NCBI GenBank assembly: GCA_963750165.1 | Contig: CAVVPN010000003.1 | Span: forward strand, 3,040,001 to 3,104,000 | Direction: 5' to 3' | Source of the DNA: an uncultured Gemmataceae bacterium | GTDB taxonomy: Bacteria > Planctomycetota > Planctomycetia > Gemmatales > Gemmataceae | Length of the DNA stretch: 64,000 nt | Shown here: positions 39,813-49,455 of the stretch, piece after piece | How the letters are laid out: every line of letters starts with the position of its first letter | Position numbering within the stretch: position 1 is the stretch's first letter | Program-made: the position numbers and the translations under genes | Notes under the pieces: generated by a model | The model's database searches: none | Told to the model about the DNA's origin: nothing | What the model saw: only the letters and a program-made list of their open reading frames with translations

Positions 39813-40486
39813 CGACCAGGAACCAGGCGATCGCGCAGCCACTGCGCCACGGTGCCGCGGCCGCGCTTGACCAGCGCCGTGCTCCAGTCCTTGCACCGCG
39901 GCGGTGGCGGCAACCGGCGCACCGCCGCGGCGCGGAGCCGTTCGGTGTAGCGGACCACCTCTTCCTCGCCGGGCCGCGTGGCGTCGAAGGCGAGCCAGAC
40001 GACCCGGCCCGCTGCCACTTCCGGCAGCCACGGCGGCCAGCGGCCGATGGTCCCGATAGCGGCCCAGCCACAGACGGCCAGCGACAGCGCGTCGAAGAGG
40101 CCCTCGACCACGATCAGCGGCTCGACCGTCCAGCCGCCCAGCACGTTGACCGTGCCGCCACCGGGGCCAACCGTGAGCATTTTATTCTGCCCGCGCACTG
40201 TGTGCAGGTAGCGCCCGTGGACGTGAACCAGCGCCCCGGCGCGGTCCCACAGCGGCGCCACTACCGCGGGCCGACCGCCGAAGTCCGCGGCGAAGCGCAC
40301 GCCCGCGGCATCGGCGATTGCGACGGGAATGCCGCGGCGCTCGACGTAGGCTTGCCCGGGGGTGCCGGCCAGGGGCGCGGCGCGGGCGAGCAACTCCTCG
40401 GGGTGTTCGCCAGTGCCGGGCATGCGCGGCGGGTCGTCGAAGCGCAGCACGGGAAGGCTCCGGGTTTCACGGTCGTCGGGCAGCAA
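39788..40486 (-). CDS. Stand-alone Toprim (primase-core-like) protein
   Basis: AYVERRGI, VEGLFDALSL, WLAFDATRPG, CKDWS; no CHC2 zinc finger or helicase; start at 40486 (TTG) or 40423 (ATG). Confidence 0.8.
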   Translation of the reverse strand: MLPDDRETRSLPVLRFDDPPRMPGTGEHPEELLARAAPLAGTPGQAYVERRGIPVAIADAAGVRFAADFGGRPAVVAPLWDRAGALVHVHGRYLHTVRGQNKMLTVGPGGGTVNVLGGWTVEPLIVVEGLFDALSLAVCGWAAIGTIGRWPPWLPEVAAGRVVWLAFDATRPGEEEVVRYTERLRAAAVRRLPPPPRCKDWSTALVKRGRGTVAQWLRDRLVPGRSPSAREG

Positions 40487-42545
40487 TTTGGGTGCAGTCC
40501 CACACCAGGACGGTGCCGTTGTGCATGCCGGACAGGAGCCGGTTACCGTCCGGCGAAAACGTCAGGGTGGAAACAAAGCCCTCGTCGCCGACGAAGGACG
40601 CGACCTCCTTGCCGGTCTTCACGTCCCAGATGCGGATGCGCGCCGGGTCCGGCACGTCGCCCAGGCGGAGCGGAGAGCCCGCCGCGGACGCCAGCCATCG
40701 GCCATCGGGCGAGAACGCCAGCACAGACACACGCCGCTTGTCCCTGCCGAAGTCCTCGGGCAGTCCGAAAACCGGCTTTTGCTTGGTGAGGTCCCACAGC
40801 TGAATGCGCCAGTCCCCCGAGGCCAGCGTTTTACCGTCGGCCGACAGGGCCACGGCGCTCCCCTGGTCCGTGCTGAGGACGCGCTGATGTTGACCGGATT
40901 CCAGGTCGATGGCGTAGAGGTCCGTGGTAATCAGTCGCCGGTTCTGGTCGTTTCGGATAGCCACGAGCGCCGTTTTTCCGTCCGGGGAGAGCAGCGGTTT
41001 GCCGATCAACCCCGTATTCGCTCCCCAGACCGATTCCCCTGCCAGTACCTCGGACTGCACGACCGGTCGCTTGCCTGCCACGTCCCAGATCACTAACCGG
41101 GCGTCGAAGTAGACCAGGCGCTTGCCGCCGGCGGTGAACGCGCCCCAGCAGACCTGGCCCGCCTGCTCCGGAACTGTCGTGATGGTCTTACCACTGGCCA
41201 CGTCCCAGATCGCCAGGGGTTTGTTCTTCACGTTGCTCCCAGAGTAGATGAAATTCGTCGGCACGAACGGGGCGCCGGCGAGTCGCTTGCCGTCCGGGCT
41301 GAATGACAGCGACTGGGCGTTGCCGTCGAGGCTGCGCACCAGTCCCCAGGTGCGCGTGTCCCACAGGCGCACCTGCCAGCGGTCGCCGCCGCTGGCCAGC
41401 AGGCGGCCGTCCGGCGAGAACGTCAGGCAGCGCACCGCCGAGTCGTGGCCGATCACGTCGGTGTGCAGTTCCTTGCCGGTGGCGATATTCCACAGATGCA
41501 CCTGACTGTAGTTCGTGCCGACCGCGAACGTCCGACCGTCGGGGGACAGGGCGGCCCGACTGCCGCCCTGGACCAGGCGCCGGCCGAGGCGCGACCGCAA
41601 CACCTTCTTCTCCAGATCCCAGACGAGGACTTCCGTTTCGTCGGTGGCGGTGACCAGGGTCTTTCCTTCCGCCGTGAAACCGAGACCGATGCACCAGCGC
41701 ACGGGCGCCTCCAGCCGCGCCTGTTCGCGGCCACTGGCGACTTCCCAGACGAGCAGGTGATCCGTGGTCACGGTGGCCAGGGATTTGCCGTCCGCCGAAA
41801 ACGTCAGTTTGGTGATGCCCGTGTTTTTGGGGTGCTCGAACGCGCGCAGCACCTTGCCGGTGGCCACGTCCCAGAGCTGCACCTCGTCGGGGTTCCGTCT
41901 CAGGATCACCGCCAGGGCCTTGCCGTCCGGGGAGAACACGAATTCATCGACGAAGGTGTTTTTGAAGTGCTTGCGCCAGCGTTCCTTGCCGGTCGCGGCG
42001 TCGCCGAGGTACACGCCGAAGCTGTTGCCGACCGCAACGCTTCTGCCATCACGGGAGAACCGCAGGTCGCTGGCGCCAAACTCCTTCGGCACCGCCAGGC
42101 TACGCAGGTACTTGCCGGTGGTTACGTCCCAGAGGGTGACCTGGCCGGCGTACAGGTCGGGGAAGCCGTTCTGCGAGAGGTTGCGGTGGGCGACGGCCAG
42201 CACCTTGCCGTCGGCGGTAAAGTCCAGGCAGTGGCGGGACAGCCAGCCCACGCAGCCGAGCGGCAACTGGTGCAGCCGTTTGCCGGTCGTCGCCTGCCAG
42301 AGAATGATCTTGCCCGCACAGGAGCCGGCGAGGACGCGGCCGTCGGGGGAGTACGCCAGCGCCGAGGTCGAGCCGTCGTGCCGCCAGCGCAGCATGCCCA
42401 GTCGGGCGACGGCGCCGGCCGGCAGCGGATCGCCGTCGCGGTCCACGGCCGGTGGCGTTTTCTGCGGCGTGACGGGGGTGCCAAAAGTGGCGTGACACGG
42501 CAGCAACGCCAAGCAGGCGATCAGCACGGCGCGGTTCAGGGACAT
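40467..42545 (-). CDS. Exported WD40-repeat protein
   Basis: Signal peptide, DRDGDPLPAGAVARLG, many FSPDG...LWD repeats. Confidence 0.92.
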   Translation of the reverse strand: MSLNRAVLIACLALLPCHATFGTPVTPQKTPPAVDRDGDPLPAGAVARLGMLRWRHDGSTSALAYSPDGRVLAGSCAGKIILWQATTGKRLHQLPLGCVGWLSRHCLDFTADGKVLAVAHRNLSQNGFPDLYAGQVTLWDVTTGKYLRSLAVPKEFGASDLRFSRDGRSVAVGNSFGVYLGDAATGKERWRKHFKNTFVDEFVFSPDGKALAVILRRNPDEVQLWDVATGKVLRAFEHPKNTGITKLTFSADGKSLATVTTDHLLVWEVASGREQARLEAPVRWCIGLGFTAEGKTLVTATDETEVLVWDLEKKVLRSRLGRRLVQGGSRAALSPDGRTFAVGTNYSQVHLWNIATGKELHTDVIGHDSAVRCLTFSPDGRLLASGGDRWQVRLWDTRTWGLVRSLDGNAQSLSFSPDGKRLAGAPFVPTNFIYSGSNVKNKPLAIWDVASGKTITTVPEQAGQVCWGAFTAGGKRLVYFDARLVIWDVAGKRPVVQSEVLAGESVWGANTGLIGKPLLSPDGKTALVAIRNDQNRRLITTDLYAIDLESGQHQRVLSTDQGSAVALSADGKTLASGDWRIQLWDLTKQKPVFGLPEDFGRDKRRVSVLAFSPDGRWLASAAGSPLRLGDVPDPARIRIWDVKTGKEVASFVGDEGFVSTLTFSPDGNRLLSGMHNGTVLVWDCTQIAARRP

Positions 42546-42654
42546 GCGGCGGCCTCCGGGAACAGAGGGGGAGTTGGGCACTTCAGTGTATCGCAGTCCG
42601 TCGTTCGGGCCAACGGTTTTCCAGGCTGCGGCGCGGCTCGGTGTCGCCGAGGCA

Positions 42655-42751
42655 CGCGCGCTAAGGAGGCGCCGAACAACAACTTCGTAGGACGGCTCTC
42701 CAGAGCCGTCCTACTCTTGGAAGTTGTTGTTCGGCGCCTCCTTAGCGCGCG
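42655..42751. repeat. Nested palindrome: 32-bp inverted repeat around a GTAG REP
   Basis: 42655-42686 pairs with 42720-42751; inner GTAGGACGGCTC-TCCA-GAGCCGTCCTAC. Confidence 0.85.
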
Positions 42752-43706
42752 CCTGTAAAGCGGCATGATACAGGTGCGGCAGTGTGACGCGATGATCGCC
42801 GCTGACGTAAAAACTCTCGCCGCCGTCCGCGACCGTGCGCACCAGGATCGTCTTCCACGGCCGATAATAATAGCGCGGATCCGTCTTCGGCGCCTGCTGA
42901 TGATAATCGCCCTCCAGCGGGATCAGGTCGAAGACAGCCGTCGTGAAATGGCGGATGTGCCGGCCCTCCTGGTGGGCCACGTTACGGGCCATCGCCAGCG
43001 CCTTCAGATACACCTCTGGCCCCATGACCGCGGAGCCGAAGTTCAGCAGGACGCCGCCCTCCAGCTGCGTCACCGCCTGCGTGAACACCAGGAAGTCCTG
43101 ATAGCTGGTCTGGCCGAGGGCGGCGCCGTCGCAGTTGGGGTGCTCGTGCAGGATGTCGTAGCCGACGCCGACGTGGACCGTCACCGGCACGCCCAGCCGC
43201 GCCGCCGCGGCCAGCACGCTCACGTCCCGGTGCGGGAACGGCCCGTCGAGAATGGCCCGGCCCAGCGCCTCGCCGAGGCCCATGCCGGTGTGGGCGGCGT
43301 AGCGGATCACGTCGTTCATGCGGCCGGTCTCGCGCCACAGACCGAACTCGCCGGTCTGAATGTAGCGGGCGACGCTCTCGGTGCTGGCGCCGATCAACGC
43401 GAACTCCCAGTCGTGGATCGGCCCAGCGCCGTTCATGGCGAGGTGCGTGAGCAGACCGCGCTCCATCAGGTCGATGAGGTAGCGGGCGACGCCGGCGCGG
43501 AGCACGTGTGCCCCCATCAGCAGGACACGCGCCCGGCCGGCGCGTTTGGCCTCGACCAAGCGGCGGCCGAGGACCGGCAGTGCGTCGTGCTGGAACGGCG
43601 GCAGCGGCGCGTCGAGCGGTAGCAGGACACTCAGGTCGAGGTCGTGCTGCCGCTCCGCCAGAGGCTTGATGAGCAGACGCGAACGGTCGAATGCGGGGTA
43701 GGGCAT
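42711..43706 (-). CDS. Conserved hypothetical protein, deoxyhypusine-synthase-like fold
   Basis: MGAHV, AMNGAG.IHD.E, TSESV, GLGEALG, VTVHVGVGYDI.H.HP, GSAVMGPEV.LKA. Confidence 0.6.
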   Translation of the reverse strand: MPYPAFDRSRLLIKPLAERQHDLDLSVLLPLDAPLPPFQHDALPVLGRRLVEAKRAGRARVLLMGAHVLRAGVARYLIDLMERGLLTHLAMNGAGPIHDWEFALIGASTESVARYIQTGEFGLWRETGRMNDVIRYAAHTGMGLGEALGRAILDGPFPHRDVSVLAAAARLGVPVTVHVGVGYDILHEHPNCDGAALGQTSYQDFLVFTQAVTQLEGGVLLNFGSAVMGPEVYLKALAMARNVAHQEGRHIRHFTTAVFDLIPLEGDYHQQAPKTDPRYYYRPWKTILVRTVADGGESFYVSGDHRVTLPHLYHAALQARAKEAPNNNFQE

Positions 43707-43729
43707 GGGAACATCCTGTGAAAAAGAGT

Positions 43730-43853
43730 AGCCACAGAGGACACAGAGAACACAGAGAGAAAAAGAGAAGAAAAGTAAAAGTCAGGAAGCCGGGTGATTC
43801 AATCGTCTTTTCCTCTGTTTTTCCTCTCTGTGTCCTTTGTGTCCTCTGTGGCT
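43730..43853. repeat. CACAGAG-type 9-mer inverted repeat
   Basis: AGCCACAGAGGACACAGAGAACACAGAG pairs with CTCTGTGTCCTTTGTGTCCTCTGTGGCT. Confidence 0.8.
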
Positions 43854-43859
43854 CAATTC

Positions 43860-44726
43860 TTAATACAGCAGCGTCGCCAGCCGGTTGCGGTAGTCGTCGG
43901 CCAGGGTGCTGCGCACGCCGATGACGTGGAAAATCTTGACCATCGCCAGCCGCCCCTTATCCGCCCCCAGGCCCGAGTTCAACTCCGCCGCGCTCAGCAG
44001 CAGCGTCAGCGCCTCCTCGTAGCGCCCCGCCGCCGCCACGACGACGCCGAGTTCGTAGCGCACCTGCGCGTCCTTCGGATTCGCCTCCAGCTGCTTGCGC
44101 AACGTCGCCTCGTCACCGAACGGCTTGGCCGTCTGGTGCAGGAACACCAGCCCCGCCAGGCGCTCCGCTTCGGCCCCTTCCGCACCTTCGCTGCCGACCT
44201 CGCTAAGCAGTTCCGTCACCTCCGCTTCCTTGCCCTGCGCCAGCAGCAGCCGGGCCAGCCCCAGCCGCGCCGCCTCGTGGTGCCGGTCCTGCGCCAGCAC
44301 CCGGCGGTACAACGGCTCCGCCTCCGCCGGCTTGACGGACTCCAGCGCTGCTGCCTGCTTGACCAGGCGCTCGACCTCACTCGGGCCGACCCGGTCCAGG
44401 AACAGCCGCAATTGCGGCTCGGGCAGCACGCCCTCGAAGTCGAGCACCGCCCGGCCGTCGCGGAAGGCGATCACCAGCGGAATCGAACTGATCTGGAACT
44501 GCTGCGCCAGCACCGGCGCCTCATCGACGTTGACCTTCGCCAGGATCACGTCGCCGCCGCGCTCCTGCACCAGCCGCTCCAGCACTGGCCCCAGCGCCCG
44601 GCACGGCCCGCACCACGGCGCCCAGAAATCGACCACGACCGGCTGCCGGTGCGACCGCTCCAGCACCTCCCGCGTGAAATCCGCCTCGGTGACATCAATG
44701 ACCCAGGTTGTCTCTGCTGCACTCAC
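43860..44726 (-). CDS. ybbN: Thioredoxin-TPR chaperedoxin (YbbN/CnoX family)
   Basis: VDFWAPWCGPC, TPR helices, C-terminal YRNRLATLLY. Confidence 0.88.
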   Translation of the reverse strand: MSAAETTWVIDVTEADFTREVLERSHRQPVVVDFWAPWCGPCRALGPVLERLVQERGGDVILAKVNVDEAPVLAQQFQISSIPLVIAFRDGRAVLDFEGVLPEPQLRLFLDRVGPSEVERLVKQAAALESVKPAEAEPLYRRVLAQDRHHEAARLGLARLLLAQGKEAEVTELLSEVGSEGAEGAEAERLAGLVFLHQTAKPFGDEATLRKQLEANPKDAQVRYELGVVVAAAGRYEEALTLLLSAAELNSGLGADKGRLAMVKIFHVIGVRSTLADDYRNRLATLLY

Positions 44727-44822
44727 GCCCTTGCTCCTCGCGTTATTCTCCGGGGCGATGGTTCCGCTTATTTTAGCAATCGGTGGCGTTTCGTCTTTTG
44801 GGCGACAACCGAGGTCACAATC

Positions 44823-45215
44823 ATGGCGGACGACGTGCGTGAGGAAGTGCTGCGGCTCAACCAGCGTCTGCTGGACAGCATCGCCCTGGCGGACTGGGAG
44901 ACGTACACGGAGCTGTGCGACGCGAGTCTGACGGCCTTCGAGCCGGAGGCGGTCGGCCAGCTGGTGCAGGGGCTGGAGTTCCACCGCTTCTACTTCCAGC
45001 TCGGCGGCGCGAAGGAGCCGCACGTCACGACGATGGCGTCGCCGCAGGTGCGGTTGCTCGGCGACGTGGCGGTGGTGACCTACGTGCGGCTCAACCAGCG
45101 CGTCGGTGCCGCGGGGCCAACCACGACCGCGACCGAGGAGACGCGCATCTGGCACCACCAGGACGGCCGCTGGCGGCACGTCCATTTCCACCGCTCCGCG
45201 AGCGGTGGTCGGTGA
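44823..45215 (+). CDS. CaMKII association-domain-like (NTF2/DUF4440) protein
   Basis: LTAFEPEAVGQLVQGLEFHRFYF and EETRIWHHQDGRWRHVHFHRS. Confidence 0.85.
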   Translation: MADDVREEVLRLNQRLLDSIALADWETYTELCDASLTAFEPEAVGQLVQGLEFHRFYFQLGGAKEPHVTTMASPQVRLLGDVAVVTYVRLNQRVGAAGPTTTATEETRIWHHQDGRWRHVHFHRSASGGR

Positions 45216-45258
45216 CCGTTTCGCCCGGGCACCGCGCCCGCGGCTGCGCGGCGCGTGG

Positions 45259-46020
45259 TTATTTGCCACCCCATTTATCCTTGAATTTCCCCCCCTCTTT
45301 CCATTTCGGCTGGTCGCGGAACTCGCCGGAGCCGGGGAACGAGTGGATCCACTCTTCGACCTCGGGCCGGTCCTTGCGCAGATCCTCCCGCCAGCGAAAA
45401 TCGCTGCGATCCGGCAACCAGTAGCCGGTGTCGTTGTCCTTCTCGAAGAAATCCACACCGTGCTGTTTCTTGCCCTTGAACTCGTAGGCGTAGAAGATGA
45501 TTTTCTTGCCGGCGTAGTCCACCTCCTTGCGGATGTCCAGGGTGCGGATTTTCTCCTCGTCGCGCTTGCCGTTCATGATTTTGCCCAGTTCCATCATGGC
45601 GCGAAAGTCCATGTCGCTCAGCATCCTGGATTGCGAGACGATGGAGTCCCTGGGGGTGGAGAAGTTGTACTTGCGCAGGCCGCCGCCGAGCGGGTCGCGA
45701 AACAGTGTCAGGCCGAGGGCCGCCAGCGCCACGAGCAGGGCCAGGCCGCCCATGAGGAAGCCGAGCAGCCCCAGCACGGAGCGGCGCGGCCGATCCGCGG
45801 CCGCGGCCCGCCGCGTCCGTGGGGCGGGCTCGTCGTACTCCGGCTCCTCGTGCCGCCGGGCTGGCGGCGGCGGGGGTTCGTCGTAGGCGGGTGACCGCGG
45901 TTCATAGGACGCGGCGGCGACCGTGAACAGGGTACGGCACTGCGGGCACTTGACCGAGCGGCCGACCGCCGTCTCCGGGACACTGGCACGGGCGCCGCAG
46001 CTGGGGCATTGGATAATCAT
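45259..46020 (-). CDS. Zinc-ribbon (MJ0042-type) membrane protein
   Basis: CPSC-x16-CPQC, charged linker, one TM. Confidence 0.78.
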   Translation of the reverse strand: MIIQCPSCGARASVPETAVGRSVKCPQCRTLFTVAAASYEPRSPAYDEPPPPPARRHEEPEYDEPAPRTRRAAAADRPRRSVLGLLGFLMGGLALLVALAALGLTLFRDPLGGGLRKYNFSTPRDSIVSQSRMLSDMDFRAMMELGKIMNGKRDEEKIRTLDIRKEVDYAGKKIIFYAYEFKGKKQHGVDFFEKDNDTGYWLPDRSDFRWREDLRKDRPEVEEWIHSFPGSGEFRDQPKWKEGGKFKDKWGGK

Positions 46021-46145
46021 GGCATGGACGCGACTGGGGTTGTGATCGGCGGAAGCAACGCTGGTCGTATTGTGACGGCCCGCTGCGGCCGATGCAACGT
46101 GAAAGCCGAGCCCGGTGCGCCGGTCTGTTTCCGTAGAATCACCGC

Positions 46146-47474
46146 ATGACCGACCTTCTCGAACGCCTGTTCCGGCTGCGCGAGCACGGGTCCAGCCTGC
46201 GCGCCGAGGTGCTGGGTGGCGCCACCACCTTCCTGACAATGGCGTACATCATCGTCGTCAACCCGGCCATCCTGGAAAAAGCGGGGCTGCCGGCCGGCCC
46301 GAGCACGGTGGCCACGGTGCTGGCGGCGGTGTTCGGCTGTCTGCTGATGGGCCTGTACGCCAACCGGCCGCTGGCGGTGGCGCCGTACATGGGCGAAAAC
46401 GCCTTCCTCGCCTTCAGCCTGACCGCGACAGTCACCTGGCAGCAGCGGCTCGGCAGCGTCTTCGTCGCCGGCGTCGCCTTCTTCATCCTGACGCTGCTCG
46501 GTCTGCGGTCGTGGTTGGCCGGGGCCGTGTCGCCAAGTTTGAAGCACAGTTTCGCGGTCGGCATCGGGCTGTTCCTGTTGCTGCTCGGCATGCACCAGAC
46601 CGGCATCGTCACCAACGGCCCGTCCACGGAAGTGCCGCTCAAGCTCGGCGACTGGCGCGACCCGCGCGTGCTGCTGGCGCTGGCGGGCTTCGTGCTGATC
46701 GCGGTGCTGCTGTACTGGCGGGTGCGCGGCGGCATCCTGCTCGGCGTCATCGCGGTGGCGGTTGTCGGTTACGCCTGTGGCTTCGGCGAGGCGCCCGCCG
46801 CGGTGTTCACCGACCTGGGCAGCGACACCTACGACCTGGGCCGGGTCGCCTATCATCTGGACATTGCGGGCGTGTTGCAACTCAGTTTCCTGCCAATCTT
46901 GCTGACGCTGTTCCTCGTCAGTTTCCTGGACACGCTGGGCACGCTGGTCGGCGTCGGGGCGGCGGCCGGCATGCTGGACACCCAAGGCAACGTCAAGGAC
47001 ATTGAAAAGCCGATGCTGGTGGACGCGGCGTCGTGCATGTTCAGCGCCGTGATCGGCACGTCCACGAGCGGGGCGTTCATCGAGTCGGCGGCAGGCATCC
47101 GCGAGGGGGCGCGGACCGGCCTGGCCGCGGTGACGACCGGACTGCTGTTCGCGCTGGCACTGCTGTTCCTGCCGCTGTTCCAGCCGCTGCAACAGTTGAA
47201 GTATGCCTACGGGCCGGCGCTGATGGCGGTCGGGCTGCTGATGGTGGCGTCGATCAACAACATTGACTTCGACGACCTGACGGAAGCGACGCCGGCGCTG
47301 GCGGCGATCGCGCTGATGCTGTTCAGTTACAACATCGCCAACGGCCTGACCGCCGGTTTGATCCTGTATCCGGTGTTCAAACTCTTGACCGGGCGCTGGC
47401 GCGAGGTGACACTCGGACAGGGTATTTTGGCGGGTTTGTGCCTGGTGTATTTCGTGTACGGGCTGCCGCATTGA
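46146..47474 (+). CDS. NCS2/AzgA-family nucleobase permease
   Basis: TTFLTMAYII.VNP, APYMGENAF, DTLGTL, FIESAAG, GARTGL. Confidence 0.95.
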   Translation: MTDLLERLFRLREHGSSLRAEVLGGATTFLTMAYIIVVNPAILEKAGLPAGPSTVATVLAAVFGCLLMGLYANRPLAVAPYMGENAFLAFSLTATVTWQQRLGSVFVAGVAFFILTLLGLRSWLAGAVSPSLKHSFAVGIGLFLLLLGMHQTGIVTNGPSTEVPLKLGDWRDPRVLLALAGFVLIAVLLYWRVRGGILLGVIAVAVVGYACGFGEAPAAVFTDLGSDTYDLGRVAYHLDIAGVLQLSFLPILLTLFLVSFLDTLGTLVGVGAAAGMLDTQGNVKDIEKPMLVDAASCMFSAVIGTSTSGAFIESAAGIREGARTGLAAVTTGLLFALALLFLPLFQPLQQLKYAYGPALMAVGLLMVASINNIDFDDLTEATPALAAIALMLFSYNIANGLTAGLILYPVFKLLTGRWREVTLGQGILAGLCLVYFVYGLPH

Positions 47475-47496
47475 GCGCGGCTGTGAGGTGTGAGCG

Positions 47497-49451
47497 ATGG
47501 GAAAAAGATGGATGGTCGTTGGCGTCGCCTTGCTCCTGCTGGTGGCGCCCGTCGCGGCACAGCAGTCGCCAAAAAAAATCCCGGTGCTCATCGACACCGA
47601 CGCCGACCTGGACGACGCCCTGGCCCTGGCCCTGGCCGTGGTCAGCCCGGAACTGGACGTGCGCGGCGTCACCACCGTGGCCGGCGACACGCACACACGG
47701 GCGCAGCTGGTGGCGCGGCTGCTGTACGAGGCTGGCCGCAAGGACATCCCCGTCGCGGCCGCCGGCAAGCCGCGCAAGCCGCCGGAGACCGCCGGATTGT
47801 TGCAGTACGGCCTGCGCGCGGGCCGCGCAATCCTCTGCAAAAAGCGGACGCCGTCCGCTTCCTGTACGCGCAGCTCAAGCAGCACCCCGGCGAACTGACC
47901 CTGCTGGCGCTCGGGCCGCTGACGAATGTCGCGGAGCTGCTGGCGAAGCACCCCGACTGCAAACCGTGGATCAAGCGCCTGGTCGTCATGGGCGGCGCGG
48001 TGCGCATCGGCTACAACGGCAAGCCGCCGCCCGAGCCGGAGTGGAACATCAAGGGCGATGTCAAGGCGGCGCAGGCGGTGTTCGCGTCCGGCCTGCCGCT
48101 GACCGTCGTGCCGCTCGACGCCACCGCGACGCTGGCCCTGTCGCCGGGGCAGCGCGACCGGGTGCTGCGCCACGGCAACGCGCTGAACCGGCAGCTGCGT
48201 GTTCTGGCCGATCTGTGGCCGGACGGCGAGAAACCGATCATCCCGTTCGACGCCGCCGCGGTCGCCATCTGCTTCGAATCGAAGTTTTTCAAGACCGAAA
48301 AACTCCGCATTGAGATGGACCAGGGCCTGACCCGCAGCGTCGCGGGCAAACCGAACGCGCTGGTGGCGACCGCCGTCGAGAAGGAAAAATTCCTGGCGTG
48401 GTACGTCGAGCGCGTGGCCCCGGCCGGCGCCAAACCGGCGCCACCGGACAAGCTGAAGTTGACCAACGTGGCCAAACCGGTGCCGCGCGGCGGCTTCCCG
48501 GATCGCGTCCATGTCACCGAGACATTTCAGACGGCCATCGAGCAGCGCTGGTGGCTGAGCGGCCGGCTCGTCGCGGAGCGCGCCAGCGAACGCAAGTACC
48601 TCCGCGCCGCCCTGTGCCACGACTTCGACGATCGCATGGGTGACGCGAAGGCGCTGTACCGGGCAGTGATCTTCAACCCAGTGCCAGGGCCGCCCCTGGG
48701 TAAGCGGACGCATCTGAGTTTCCACTATCGCATCGACAAGGCGACCACCCTGCGCGTGCAGATTTACAGTCTGAGCAAAGGGTATCATCGCCACCTGACG
48801 CTGACGGACCTGCCTGCAGGCCGCTGGCAACACGTCACCGTCGATCTGACGCAGGCGCGGCGGCCAGACGGCAGCGGCGGCCCGCTGTCGGAGGATGAAC
48901 GCATCGACGACATCCAGTTCTACACCGACGCCGCGGCGGTGCTGACCATCGACGACATCGTGCTGTTCGAGGCCGCGGCACCCGGCGAGCAGCGGCCGTT
49001 CCCGAAAGCCATCGGTTACACAGCCTGGTTCGACACCGGCAAGCAGGGCGGCGAGTGGCCGGGCGATTTCGCCATCGTCGCCAAGAAGGGGCCGAATGGC
49101 TGGAAGGCGGCACACTCGATCTACGACCCGAAGGAGCAGCGGCACTGGATTCGCCTGGACCTGCGCGGGCAGCGGCCGCTGGCGGACTGCACGCACCTGC
49201 GTTTCCGCTACCACCTGACCGCGGCGGCGAGCGTCCGCGTGGTGTTGCGGCACAACCTTGGCGAGGAGAAGTTCCGCGTCCTGGTGGAAAACCTCAAAAC
49301 GGAGCAGTGGGCCGAGGCGGTGGTGGAACTGGTGCCGGCGGGCAGGGTGCGGCCGGGGCTGGCGGTCAACGAACTGACGTTCGCGGTCGGCTCGGAGTCG
49401 GCGCTGCTGATCGACGACGTGATCCTGTTCGCACCGGGGAAAAAGGAGTGA
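47497..49451 (+). CDS. Exported nucleoside hydrolase fused to two beta-sandwich domains, apparent frameshift near 47830
   Basis: Signal peptide, [26 protein letters not shown]; long C-terminal extension with repeated IDD(I/V)(V/I)LF. Confidence 0.8.
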
Positions 49452-49455
49452 CGCC

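Noticed and set aside
39788..40486. Chromosomal dnaG or a prophage/plasmid replication module
   Set aside because: Lacks a zinc-binding domain, helicase and nearby integrase or phage genes; too short for DnaG.
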